Assembly (NCBI GenBank): GCA_038087875.1
Contig: JAXLNO010005863.1
Coordinates: forward strand, 62,001 to 126,000
Length of the DNA: 64,000 nucleotides
Direction: 5' to 3'
DNA from: Malacoraja senta
Taxonomy: Eukaryota
The notes beneath the pieces are model-generated. The model had not been told where the DNA came from. It did not search any database and was given only the letters and a program-made list of their open reading frames with translations. Shown here piece by piece: positions 52,301 through 64,000 of this stretch. A program made the translations under genes and the position numbers. The number at the start of each line of letters is the position of its first letter. The stretch's first letter is position 1.

Positions 52301-55300
52301 ACCTTACTTGCAAAAGCAACCTCATATCTTCTTTTAGCTTTTCTAATTTATTTCTTAATATTCTTTTTACATTCTTTATACTCCTCAAGCACCTCATTTA
52401 CTCCATGCTGGCAATAATTATTGTAGATCTCTCTCTTTTTCCGAACCAAGTGTCCAATTTCCCTTGAAAACCATGGCTCTTTCCAATTTTTACTATTTCC
52501 TTTCAACCGAACAGGGACATAAAGATTCTGTACTCTTAAAATGTCACCTTTAAATGTCCTCCATTTCTCTACTACATCCTTCCCATAAAACAACATGTCC
52601 CAATTCACTCCTTTTAAATCCTTTCGCATCTCCTCAAAGTTAGACTTTCTCCAATCAAAAATTTTAACCCTAGGTCCAGTTCTGATCCTCTCCATAATTA
52701 TATTGAAACTAATGGTATTGTGATCACTGGACCCGAAGTGCTCCCCAACGCCCACCTCCGCCACCTGCCCTGTCTCATTTCCTAACAGGAGGTCCAGCAC
52801 TGCCCCTTCTTTAGTAGGTACCTCTATGTATTGCTGCAAAAAACTATCCTGCACACATTTTACAAATTCCAAACCATCCAGCCCTTTTACAGTATGTGTT
52901 TCCCAGTCTAAGTGTGGAAAATTGAAATCTCCCACAATCACTACCTTGTGCTTACTACTAATATCTGCTATCTCCTTACATATTTGCTCTTCCAATTCTT
53001 GCTCCCCATTAGGCAGTCTATAATACACCCCTATATGTGTTGCTACACCTTTCCCATTTCTCAGTTCCACCCAAATAGCCTCCCTAGACGAGCCCTCTAC
53101 TCTATCCTGCCAAAGCACTGCTGTAATATCTTCCTTGACAAGCAATGCAACACCCCCACCTCTTGACCCTCCAATTCTATCACACCAGAAGCAACGAAAT
53201 CCTGGAATATTTAGTTTCCAATCACAGCCCTCCTGCAACCATGTGTCACTGATCGCCACAACAACATACTTCCAGGTGTCAATCCAGGCTCTATCCACGA
53301 CTTCCCCAGAAGACGATAATGAGATTTAAGAAGCTTGAGGATAGGCACGTGGATATGTAGGGACTTGAGGGATATGAATCATGTACAAGCAGTTTAGTTT
53401 AACTTGACATCATGTTCGGCACAGACATTGTGGCTGAGCTCTAACCCATTACACCCTTAATGAACAAAAATATATCAATCTAAATCTGGAAATTTTCAAG
53501 TGGGCAACATATTCAACAGATTACAGAATCGAGAACCAGAAGACATAGGTTTAAATTGAGGGGGGGGGGGGAAGATTTAATGGGAATCTGATGAGCAATT
53601 TCTTCCCACACAATGCTTCCTTTCTAACTATTCTGACAATCGTGAAGGCTTGGAGATTACAAACCTACTCATCCTGAAAGTTTAATCCCATTGTTATCAG
53701 ATGAAAGTAAATATAAAATGGTGATTCCCCTGTTGAAATAATAACATATAAAACAAAAATCCTTGGTTGTGGAGTGTTTTGGGAAGTCACGTGGATTTTA
53801 TCATTACTGTATTCCACTAGCCTTCTTATGTTTCTCCTGGTAACACTGAAACAGACACTTCTAACTCTCCCTTTGGGGCCCCTTCTCACCTCACTTTGAC
53901 ACTGAACTTTGACACTGTCTGGTGTGCTGCATGGAAACTTTATCACAGAACAAATACTGCTTATTCATGTAGAAACAAGAAAATGCAGATGCTGGTTAAT
54001 ACACATAAAATGCTGGAGTAATTCAGCAGGTCAGGCAGTATGTCTGGAGAACATGGATAGGTGATGTTTCAGTTTAGACATCAGTTTAGATGTGTAAGAA
54101 GGAACTGCAGATGCTGATTTAAACCGAAGATAGACACAAAAAGCTGGAGTAACTCAGCGGGACATGCAGCATCTCTGGAGAGACGAAATGGGTGATGTTT
54201 CGCGTCTAGACCCTTCTTCAGACTGGTGATGCAGATGCTGGTTTACACCGAAGATAGACACAAAAAGCTGGAGTAAATCAGGAAGTCAGGCAGCATCGCT
54301 GGAGAAAAGGAATAGATGGCGTTTCAGGTCAAGGCACTTCTTCAGACAGAGTCGGGGGTATATCTTTTATTAATTTGTTCTATGTACCTTTTCATATCGC
54401 TTGGTTCCCTGTCTCCTGATTCTCAGTCTGAAGAAGGGTCTCGACCCGAAACGTCACCTTTTCCTTTTCTCCGGAGATGCTGCCTGACCCACTAAGTTAC
54501 TCCAGTATGTGTCGAGTTTCAGTTTAGACCCTGTTTATTATAGTCTGCTCCGACCCCACCCCCACCCCCCACCCCACCCAAGCCTTGATAGTCGGGACTC
54601 ATCAGTAAGGTCTTCTTTACACTTACTGTTACAGAATCCCAATGTCCTCATAAGTCAGAAGTGCCCCATTCCATGCAGAGATTTCCCACCAGATGGGCAT
54701 TTCAGGGTTGCAGCTCATAGAGATGGTGCCTATGAGGACCTGGACTCAATCCCGATCTCTACTACAACCTGTGTGGCACTTTTATTCTTTCCCTGAAACC
54801 ATGTGTGCTTCCTCTGGTTATTCCAGTTTCTCCCAATATTCCAAAGATGAGAGGCTGAGAGGTAAATTGGCCAGTGTGAATTGATCGTACATACTGTGAC
54901 CTCCATAATGTTTCGGACAAAGACCCATCATATATTTATTTGCCTCTGTACTCCATAATTTGAGATTTGTAATAGAAAAAAATCACATGTGGTTAAAGTG
55001 CACATTGTCAGATTAAAAAAAAGGCAATTTTTTAAACATTTTGGTTTCACCATGTAGAAATTACAGCAGTCAATTTACATAGTCACAAAATACATAGTCT
55101 GCCCCATTTTAGGGCACCATAATGTTTGGGACACAGCAATGTCATGTAAATGAAAGTAGCCATGTTTAGTATTTTGTTGCATATCCTATGCATGCAATGA
55201 CTGCTTGAAGTCTGTGATTCATGGACATCGCCAGTTGCTGGGTGACTTCTCTGGCGATGCTCTGCCAGGCCTGTATTGCAGCCTGTGCTTGTTTTGGGGG

Positions 55301-58300
55301 CTAGTCCCCATTCAGTTTTCTCTTTGGCATATCAAAGGCATGCTCAGTTGCGTTCAGATCGGGTGATTGTCTTGGCCACTCAAGAATTAACAATTTTTTA
55401 GCTTTGAAAAACTCCTTTGTTGCTTTAGGATCATTGTCTTGCTGTAGTATGAACCGCTGGGCAATGTGTTTTGAGGCCAATGTGTTTGAACTTGAGCATA
55501 TAGGATGTGTCTATACACTTCAGAATTCATTATGCTGCTACCATCAGTAGCTGAATGGTCAACAAAGCTAAGTTAGCCAGTACCTTCAGCAGCCATACAT
55601 GCCCAGCCCACAACACCCCCACCACCGTGTTTCACAGATGAGGTGGTATGCTTTGGATCTAGGGCAGTTCCTTCTCTCCTCCATACTTTGCTCTTGGCAT
55701 CACTCCGATATAAGTTAATCTTTGTATCATCTGTCCAGAAGACCTTTTTCCAGAACTGTGGTTGCTCTTTTAAGTACTTCTTGGCAAACTGTAACCCGGC
55801 CATCCTGTTTTTGCGGCTAAACAGTGGTTTGCATCTTGCAGTGCAGTCTCTGTATTTCTGTTCATGAAGTCTTCTGCGGACAGTGGTCATTGGCAAATCC
55901 ACACCTGACTCCTGATGAGTGTTTCTGACCTGTCAGTCCCTTTGCGATTAGTAAAGGATTGGGGTTTTGTCTTTATTATAGAGAGAAGTCTTCTGTCATC
56001 AGCTGTGGAGGTGTTCCTTGGCCAGCCAGTCCCTTTGCGATTAGTAAGCTCACAGTGCTCTCTTTCTTCTTAATGATGTTCCAAACAGTTTGATTTTGGT
56101 AAGCCTAAGGTTTGGCTGATGTCTCGAACAGTTTTATTCTTGTTTCTCAGTCTCATAATGGTCTCTTTTACTTTCATTGGCACAACTCTGGTCCTCCTGT
56201 TGATGAACAGCAATAAAAGTTTCCAAAGGTGATGGAAAGACTGGAGGAAAGACTAGATGCTGAGTTCTCTTATACCTGCATTAAGGAGGCATTTAAATAC
56301 CCCTGAGCAATTACATACATCTGCGAAGCCATGTCCCAAACATTATGGTGCCCTGAAATGGGGGGACTATGTATAAACACAGGTGTAATTTCTACATGGT
56401 GAAACCAAAATGGGCAAAAAATGAATACATAAGCTTAAAATGAGGGGGGAAAGATTTAATAAGAACCAGAGGCATAGCTTTGGTGGGAGTACTGAATGAA
56501 CTGCCGGAGAAGGGAGTTCAGGCAGGTACTATCGCAACATTTAAGAAACATTTAATCTGGTACATGGATAGATAGGTTTAGAAGGATATGGGCCTCCTCA
56601 GACAGCCGTGGAGCCCACGTCAATGGATATTTCTCAGGTGGATATTGACAGATTCTTGATCAGTATGGGTGTCAAGGGTTATGGGGCGAAAGCAGGGAAT
56701 GTGGTTGAGAGGGCGAGATAGAGCAGCCATGATTGAATTAGGCCATTCAGCCGTAGGCCCTGATTCCCTGCTGTATGACTCTTTGACTTTACCTCTCTAT
56801 GATTTTATAAAATCTCCTTGACGTTGTCCATTTTCTTAATATAATAAAATATTCTTTGAATTTTGGAATATTGTAACTAGTAGGCTGTATCGACATGATA
56901 GATAATAATAGATCTTTGAAGATGGGAAGCAATCCAATAGGATCATTCAATACCTCGACCACAATTGGTGGAATAGGTATCAGAGCCCATCTAGCCAACT
57001 CTTGTAGAAGGCTCAGTGGTGCAGCATTAGAGATGCTGCCTTATCGCCCTTACAGCACCAATGCCCAGGTTGGATCCTGACTACGGGTCCTGTCTGTATG
57101 GAGTTTGTACATTCTCCACCTGACCGGGTGGGTTTTTCCTGAGATCTTCAGATTCTTCCCACATTCCATGACGTACAGGTTTGTAGTTTAATTGGCTTGG
57201 TGTAGAATGTAAATTGTCCCTTGTGTGTGTAGGATAGTGTTAGCGTGTGGGGGTTGCTGGTCAGTGTGGACTCAGTGGCCCGAAGGGCCTGTTTCCATGC
57301 TGTATCTCTAAGCTAAAAACTAAACTAAAGGCTCCTGACACAAATTGTCACCTGATCATTGATGCTGCCTGCCCCACTGAGTTCATCCAGCACTTGCATC
57401 TGCAGGTCCTTGTGACTCCCTTATTCAAAGTTATTGTATTGTTATCAGTTTAATAACTCTTAGTTATTTTCAGTGAATGATACAATCATATTTATTATTG
57501 TTTATGCATTGCAGATTTACACCATCTTGCATCTTACTACCTGTTGAACCATGGATTGAGTGAGCTGCCTGAGTACAGTATGGTAGCAATGCTGGATGAC
57601 CTCCAGATAGCATATTTTGAAAGCACACTAGAGCTGGCTATTCCCAGACAGCGATGGATGGCCCAGTCTTTCCCACAGGATCAATGGGATTCAATGGCCA
57701 TCACAGTTGCAGGTTTTCATGGGATTGTCAGAGGAAATGCTGAGATAGTCTACCAACAGCAACATGGTATCTCGAGTAAGTGTCATGACCGGACCTGGGG
57801 TAGACACCCAGTGATGGAACAAATGGATTTTGTTTTAGTTTTGTTGCTGTCACATGATTCTCTGATACACTTTTTTTGCATGTTAGTCAATCACATCAAA
57901 GAAAACTATTCATAAATACAATCAAACCAAACTCGTACAATAGGTAGAGCAAAGAGTGCAGAATGTAGTTCTCAGCATTGTAAGGCACCAGTGCCAGAGA
58001 CAAAGTCCAGTGTCTACAATGGGGTTGAGGTGAACCCTAGCATAAGGGAGGACTGTTCATAAACCAGACAACATAGGGGAGGAAACAGTTACTGAGTCTG
58101 GTGGTGCACGCTTTAATGCTTACGTACCTTCTGCAGGAAGAAGAAGGAATGACCAGAGCGGGATGAATCTTTGATTATGTTGTCTGCTTTCCTGAACCAG
58201 TTGAAATACAGGTGGATTCACTGGTGGGGAATCATGTTTGTGTGATCGACTGTGCTACATCTCCACCTCCCTGCAATTTCCAGCGGTCTTGGGCAGAACT

Positions 58301-61300
58301 CTTTCCAAACTAAGTTGTGATACAACCTGTCAGTATGCTTTCTATGGCACATTTGTAGACATTTGTAAGAGTCATTGGAGATGCCGCATTTCCTTAGTCT
58401 CCTGAGGCAGTAGGGGAACCAGAAACTCTCAACCTTTTTCACTTCAGCACCATTGATGTAGCAATGTTACAAAATTTTGAGATTTTAAAAATAAAGTCTG
58501 CAATTTATCCCATCAGATAAAGCATAAAAAGAAGTTTAATTTGACACCTAATTCACTTTCATATCTTCAGTATTAAAGAAGTTATGGCCATCTTGTTCCC
58601 TATTGCTTTTCCATTGACTTAACACAAAAGCTGTGATCGAGGACAGTCAAAAGCCCATAACTTTCTTAAAAATTAAGATAACTGAAAGACATTTTCAGTT
58701 ATTATAGATTGAAGCATTCTGAAACAAATATGAAACAATCTTACTTAGAAGACATGAAAGTATGGATGACTTGAAATTAAAGCATATAATTAGTTAGTTA
58801 CCTAATTGTAGCTAATTACAAAATTCAATTACTAGATCTAAACATCTATCAATTTCTTAAGAATAGATTAACATTTTTAAATAGCCTAAGTGTCCAAATA
58901 ACATTCACACAATAATTCACAATATAACATAACTTTTAAATCTCATTTTCATGAATTTACAGGCCAAATGGAAGGAATTGAATGTTTAATACCTGTAAAT
59001 TAATGGGCATTTAATTCATTTTGCGAGTGAGGATTTCTGGAACGCGATCATTTGGAACGTTCATTTGCGGTGAATTTAACCCCGTATTGGCATGAAAAAT
59101 ACTGCCGTTAGTTCGGGGAATAAAATCACCGTGTCGCATGAAAAAATGTGAATTAAAGGCTTCTTAAGAAGCACTTTTATACATTTAAAGAAACCACTTT
59201 CGTTTACCTGTCCCGTGTGTGAAATCCGTCCCCGTTATCGGCGTTGACGCTTCAGGAGCTGCTTTTAAAATTACTCTAGCGCTGACATTGACGATTTAAT
59301 AAAAATAAAAAATTCACAAAACGCCGGTAGGAACGATTCATCAGCCAGCGCTTGTACTCCAACAAAATATTAACTAGGACAAGGAAGGAGAAACCCGCGT
59401 TTTAACCCCGCCCCCCCTTAAAGGCGCCAAAATCGCGCATACGGCCAGTGGCAGAATTACAGCGCGACTGAAGGTAGGTTTTGTAACATACCTAATTGAT
59501 GCTGTTTCAGACATTTACTCCATTACATTTTGATAGAGACACGGCCCATCGCCTATATTTAATGTGTCCTAACTGCTGAACACCCATTGATAACAGTTGG
59601 CTGGTGATAGTCTCTTTATGGGTTAAGCATTTGATATTTAACACCAGTAAAAAGTGGATGGATTGGATCATCTGTTTTATTGGGCTGGAATGAGGGAGAA
59701 ACCATTAGTTTATTTATAGCCTGATCACCTAGAGATGGGACCTTGATTTAAGCTGGTTGATGGTGACTATGATGTATTCCCTCAACAATAATATTCTGTT
59801 AATCCAGCATTCCCTCAATATTGGCAGCAATCCACAGAGAGTGTAGCAATCCCACACTGTGCAACAGCCTTGATGTACTACCCATCTGCATTGCCTTAAC
59901 CTTGAGACTGACCTGTTCACTGTATAACATTGCCCATCTGACAATGCACTCCTTCCTCTGTTCTTTATGTACGAAAGTGCAGAATCTGAGTTCTACCCTT
60001 CTGACACAGCAAAACTCCTTTAGTGTTACATCCACAACAGTAAAGCTTCCCCCCTCAACACTTGAGGTTAGTCCATGCCCTCAGTATATAGACCATGGGT
60101 CATTGAGTCACACATCATGGAAACCGGCCCTTCTGCTCACTGAATCCACACTGATCATCCATTGTGCTAAGATGGAGTCACAGCAAACTGCAGATGCTGC
60201 CAATCTGAATTAAAAACAAACAGGAGGAACTCAACGAGTCAGGCAGCATGCTGTGGACAAATGGACAGAAAACATATGAGACCAGGACCATTTAGAGTAA
60301 TGGAGTAGGGTGGAGAAAGCTGGAAAGAAAAGTAGTCTGTGTAGGATAGTGTTAATATGCGGGGACCACTGGTCAGTGCGGACTCGGTGGGCCGAAGGAC
60401 CTGTTTCGGCGCTGTATCTCTGAACTAAACCTGCTCCTGTGCTGTACAGCTCTATGTTGTGTTCTGTTATGCCTGTTTGTACCATGCTGAGAACTGATTT
60501 GTAAATTGCCTCTCCCTTCCATCCACTCACCCCAACCCAAATCCTCCACCCCTACCTCAGCCCAAGCTGTTTTCTTTGTGCAGGGTTTCTGCGGCTGTGA
60601 AGTGGACAGTGACAATTCCACTGATGGGTTTGTCAGACTGGGTTATGATGGGGAGGATGCCTGTGCTTTTGACAAGGACAGAATGTTCTGGATTGCACTA
60701 CGTCCAGATTTCCAGATGCTAGCAGATCGGTGGAATGTCAACACCTTCATGAACAAGTATTTTAAAGATCTCCTGGAGAAGGACTGTGTGAAGTGGCTGC
60801 GGATATATCTGGAGTGTGGACAAGAAGCACTACAGAGGAGAGGTACACGACGTAGGCACTCTGACTGATGGGCCAGAGGATATCCTCTGGATAGATCAGG
60901 TGGGAAATATCATGCACGTCAGGCTGTCACTTGAGTAATTATTTAGTTTAGTTTAGAGATACAGCTCGGAAGCCCACCGACACCGCACCGAGCAGCCATG
61001 CCCGCACACTAACACTATCCTACACACACTAGGGACAATTTGCATTTATACCAATCCAATTAACCTACAAATTTGTACGTCTTTCGAGCGTGAGGGGAAA
61101 CCGAAGATCTCGGATAAAACCCACGCAGGTCACAGGGAGAACGTACAAACTGTGTAAAAACAAGCACCCGTTAGTTAGTAACAAACCCAGGTCTCTGGCG
61201 CTGTAAGGCAGTAGCTCGATCGCTTCGCCACCCTGTTCTTGGGCGAGGGTATCAGTAAATTGTCTGGCAACATGCCTCTTAGATGGAGCCAGTGGGTAGG

Positions 61301-62324
61301 AAGTGCAAGTGAAAGATAAATATTGTACCAGTGTCCTTTATCCACAGTCATATAGATATTCAGGAAATGGAGGAATATGTATCTTGGTCTTATGTTTAGC
61401 ACCGACCTTGTGGCCTGAAGGGTCTGTTGCTGTGCTGATCAGAAACCCAATCAGATTCTCTATTTGCCTCTATTACTCCTTGGGATGGTGACATTCAATT
61501 TCCAACAGTTCTCTGGTTGAAGAACTTCTTCCTCCCATTCCCTCTTGGAATATTTAGTGTTATTATTCAGCTGAGATTCATGAACAAATAGAAGCAATCA
61601 TGTCTACAGTATCAATCCCAATGGTGAGTTATACTCCTCCATTGGGCCCTGCATTCCCCTTTCATCTGTGCTGTCAGTTCAAGTCTGGAGCTAAGATAAG
61701 GAGCATGTCAGTTGTATTAAAACTAAATGTTTTGTTGTTTTGTCAGAAATGCAAAATGAAAAGAGAAAAGGCTGTAAACCTTGTGCAAGATAGAACTGCA
61801 GATGCTGGTTTACACTGAAGATAGAAGATGTTGGCGTAACTCAGTGGGTCAGAAGCATCTCTGGGCATTCCTTCTCTCCAGAGATGCTGCCTGACCTGCT
61901 GAGTTATTCCAGCATTTTGGGTCTAGGCTGGAAACTTAGTTCAGCCAGAGAAAAAACTCTGATTGGGAAAGTGGTGAGTTGCAGTGATCTTACAATTGAA
62001 GGCTTTTGTTCATGTCTTCACTGATTCTGACGCTTCTTACACTTGCAGAAACCTCTGAGGTGTTTATTGGGATTAAAAGTGATGGGTCGCAATCACTGAG
62101 ACTCTCCTGCCTTGTCACAGGCTTCTAGCCACGGGCCATCGATGTAACGTGGCTGAGAGATGGTGAGGGGGTCCACAAGTCTGAATCCAGTGATGATCTG
62201 TTGCCCAATTGGGATGGGACTTACCAGCTGAAGAATACAATTCAACTGAGTAGAGAAGATGTGGCAAAATTCTCCTGTTACATCGAACATGCAACTCTGC
62301 TGCAGGGAGTCAATGTTCCACAGG
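49342..62324 (+). CDS. Nonclassical MHC class I-like heavy chain gene; premature stop in alpha3 (truncated product or recent pseudogene)
   Basis: Four phase-1 GT-AG exons of class-I-typical size (52, 261, 282, 276 nt) encoding leader, alpha1, alpha2 and an Ig C1 alpha3. Confidence 0.92.
50425..53296 (-). mobile_element. Young CR1 LINE, most of ORF2 (APE endonuclease plus RT), in MHC-like intron 1
   Basis: ORF 52348-53298 (ISDTWL..DRIGGSRGGGVALLV..GVYYRLP..IVGDFNFP..LDLLL..SSDH), 52072-52302, and an uninterrupted 508-aa RT ORF 50539-52065 (DFSKAFD, VPQGSVLGP, YADD). Confidence 0.95.
54892..56425 (-). mobile_element. Tc1-family DNA transposon (IR/DR-type ends), decayed; right TIR truncated
   Basis: ORF 55573-55902 (TVRRRLHE..RCKPL..FWKKVFWTDDTKINL..KHGGGGV). 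Direct repeats ccataatgttt.ggaca at ~54903 and ~55117. 56332-56412 is the reverse complement of ~55040-55133. Confidence 0.88.
57010..57329 (+). mobile_element. tRNA-derived SINE (HE1/V-SINE-like)
   Basis: A/B-box-like head, conserved core, gggccgaagggcctgtttcc..tgtatctctaa tail. Further copies near 60950-61230(-), 62430-62730(-), 62790-63070(-). Confidence 0.8.
57515..57775 (+). CDS. MHC-I-like alpha1 exon
   Basis: ttgcag acceptor, A|gtaagt donor. (D)LHHLASYYLLNHGLSELPEYSMVAMLDDLQIAYFESTLELAIPRQRWMAQSFPQDQWDSMAITVAGFHGIVRGNAEIVYQQQHGIS, fully open. Confidence 0.92.
58460..59493. mobile_element. Putative non-autonomous DNA transposon (~1 kb, AT-rich), possibly Kolobok-like
   Basis: Ends share atgttacaaaa / ttttgtaacat, and the right end reads ..gtaacatacctaa. 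No ORF. Confidence 0.4.
59780..60010 (-). mobile_element. Possible ancient Deu-domain SINE remnant
   Basis: Reverse strand gagtgcattgtcagatg..gccaatattgagggaatg loosely resembles the Deu/SacSINE core; recalled similarity only. Confidence 0.3.
60561..60842 (+). CDS. MHC-I-like alpha2 exon
   Basis: cctacctcag acceptor, G|gtacac donor. (T)QAVFFVQGFCGCEVDSDNSTDGFVRLGYDGEDACAFDKDRMFWIALRPDFQMLADRWNVNTFMNKYFKDLLEKDCVKWLRIYLECGQEALQRR; canonical C101 and C164 present. Confidence 0.93.
62049..62324 (+). CDS. MHC-I-like alpha3 (Ig C1) exon with in-frame TAG at 62126-62128
   Basis: cttgcag acceptor, G|gtaagt donor. (E)TSEVFIGIKSDGSQSLRLSCLVTGF*PRAIDVTWLRDGE..LLPNWDGTYQLKNTIQL..FSCYIEHATL. Not in the ORF track because of the stop. 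Confidence 0.92.
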
Positions 62325-63069
62325 GTAAGTGGCAAGTCAATGCGGCTGATCACTTGAGACAATAAACCTCCTGGACTGAGATAACAGCCTCAACTCACAC
62401 TCTTAACTAAGCTGTGCATTTAGACTTTAAACTTTAGAGATATGGTGCAGATACAGACCCCTCAGCTCACTGAGTCCTCGCTGAACAGTGATCATCCCGT
62501 ACATTTACACTAACCAACACACTGGGGACAAATTACAATTTTACCTAAGCCAAGTAACCTTCAAGCCCATATTTCTTTGGAGTGTGGGAGGGAACCGGAG
62601 CACCCGGAGAAAACCCACGCAGTCACAGGGAGAACATACAATGTCCTTGCAGACAGCACCTGTAGTCAGGATCGAACCCAGGTCTCTGGTGCAGTAAGGA
62701 AGCAGCTCTACTGCTACGCCACTGTGCCACCCATTATTAATTTGTGGTTATCTAATTGCCCAGAATTATTGATAGTCAATGGAATGTGGTTTTAGTTTAA
62801 GAGATACAGCCCAGAAACCAGCCCTTCAGCCCACCGAGTCTGCGTCAACCAGCGATCCCTGCACACTTACATTATCTTACTTATTAGGGGACAATTTACA
62901 ATTATACCAAGCCAATTAACCTACAAACCTGTCTGTCTTTGGACTGAGGGAGGAAACCGGAGATCCAGGCAAAACCCACGCAAGTCCCGGGGAGAAGGTA
63001 CAAAACTCTGTACAGACGGGACCCGTAGTCAGAATTGAACCGGGTCTCTGGCGCTGTAAGGCAGCAGTT

Positions 63070-63880
63070 CCACCGAGTGGGCAAAGCAGAGCCAAATGGA
63101 ATACAGTGTAGCAAGTGTCTGGTTTTACATTTTGGCAGTCGGAATAAAGACATAGACTATTTTCTAAATGGGGAGAGAATTCAGAAATCTGGGCTACAAA
63201 GTGGGAATACTAGTGCAGGATTCCCAAATAGTTCATTTGCAGATTGAGTCAGTGGTAAGTAAGGCAAATGCAATGCCAGCATTCATTTCGGGGGGACTAG
63301 AATATAAAAACAATGATATAATGCTGAGGATTTATCGGGCACTGGTGAAGACACATTTGGAATATTGTGAGCAGTTTTGGGCTCCATATTAGAAAGGATG
63401 TGCTGGCTTTGGAGAGGGTCCAGAGGAAGTATGTCCTGGGGATGATTGATTTAACGTATGAGGAATGTTTGAAGTCTCTGGGCTTCTACTCATGGGAATT
63501 TAGAAGGATGAGGGGGAAATCTCTGAAACCTACCAGTTAATGAAAGTCCCAGTTGGTGGATGTGGATAGGATGTTTTCAGTAATGGGAGAGTCTAGCACA
63601 GCCTCACAATAAAATACGTACTTTCAAAATGGAGATGAGGAGGAATTTCTTTAGTCACAGGGTGGTGAATCTGTGGAATTCATTGATACAGACAGCTGTG
63701 TGGGTCAAGTCATTGCATATTTTAAAGCAGAGAATGATAGGTTCTTGATTAGTATGAGTGCCAAAAGTTACAGGGAGAAGGCTGGAGAATGGGATTCAGA
63801 GGTAAAAATAGATCTGCCATGACTGAATGGTGGAGTAGACTCAATGGACTGAAAGGCCTACTTCTGCTCCAATGGTAAAA
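63070..63880 (+). mobile_element. Old CR1 LINE 3' fragment
   Basis: KCLVLHFGSRNK..KANAMPAFISGGLEYK..IYRALVKTHLEYCEQFWAPY. Other CR1 scraps near 25000-25220, 25780-26370, 42820-43650, 47180-47640, 49820-50170. Confidence 0.8.
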
Positions 63881-64000
63881 ATTATTCTTGTCACCCTTAA
63901 CTCACACATCCAAATGTAGGAAGCAAGATAGGCTGATCCTGGCCAAGGTCTCTTATCTTATTTCTTGGGCATCTAGCTAATTTTTTTGATAGTAGTTAGT

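Noticed and set aside
49202-53700. Repeated 15-mer tcccattgttatcag (49202 and 53686) as a SOX/GATA module
   Set aside because: One or two exact 15-mer repeats are expected by chance in 64 kb.
57010-57075. tRNA genes
   Set aside because: The tRNA-like heads belong to SINEs, running into SINE core and LINE-derived tails without a full cloverleaf.
60584-60600. Alternative alpha2 acceptor tttctttgtgcag|GGT
   Set aside because: It gives an immediate out-of-frame TGA after the phase-1 alpha1 exon. The upstream acceptor at 60560 keeps the frame and the normal exon size.

Overview
Repeat-rich vertebrate genomic DNA. The SINE, CR1 and Penelope repertoire suggests a cartilaginous fish, probably a skate or ray (inference). 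Two intron-containing host genes were reconstructed by hand from splice sites and point away from each other. (1) A SUN1/SUN2-like nuclear-envelope gene on the minus strand (7 exons, 34281 to 23390) is clearly decayed: in-frame stops, a frameshift, a repeat inserted in an exon, and no last exon found. (2) A nonclassical MHC class I-like gene on the plus strand has leader 49342-49393, alpha1 57515-57775, alpha2 60561-60842 and alpha3 62049-62324. Its predicted groove is strongly hydrophobic (CD1/EPCR-like) and there is a single TAG at the GFYP tyrosine of an otherwise intact alpha3. At 9.4-20.7 kb lies an unexplained, diverged tandem array of ~2-kb units with a recurring micro-exon-like segment, mirrored across a CpG-rich inverted repeat centred near 19160. 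The rest is nested transposons: DIRS, P/THAP9-like, L1, L2, CR1, Penelope, hAT, Tc1, MITEs and tRNA-derived SINEs. An abundant fold-back repeat carries a hammerhead-ribozyme-like core. No rRNA, tRNA genes or CRISPR arrays were seen. All alignments were done by eye and many TE boundaries are approximate.
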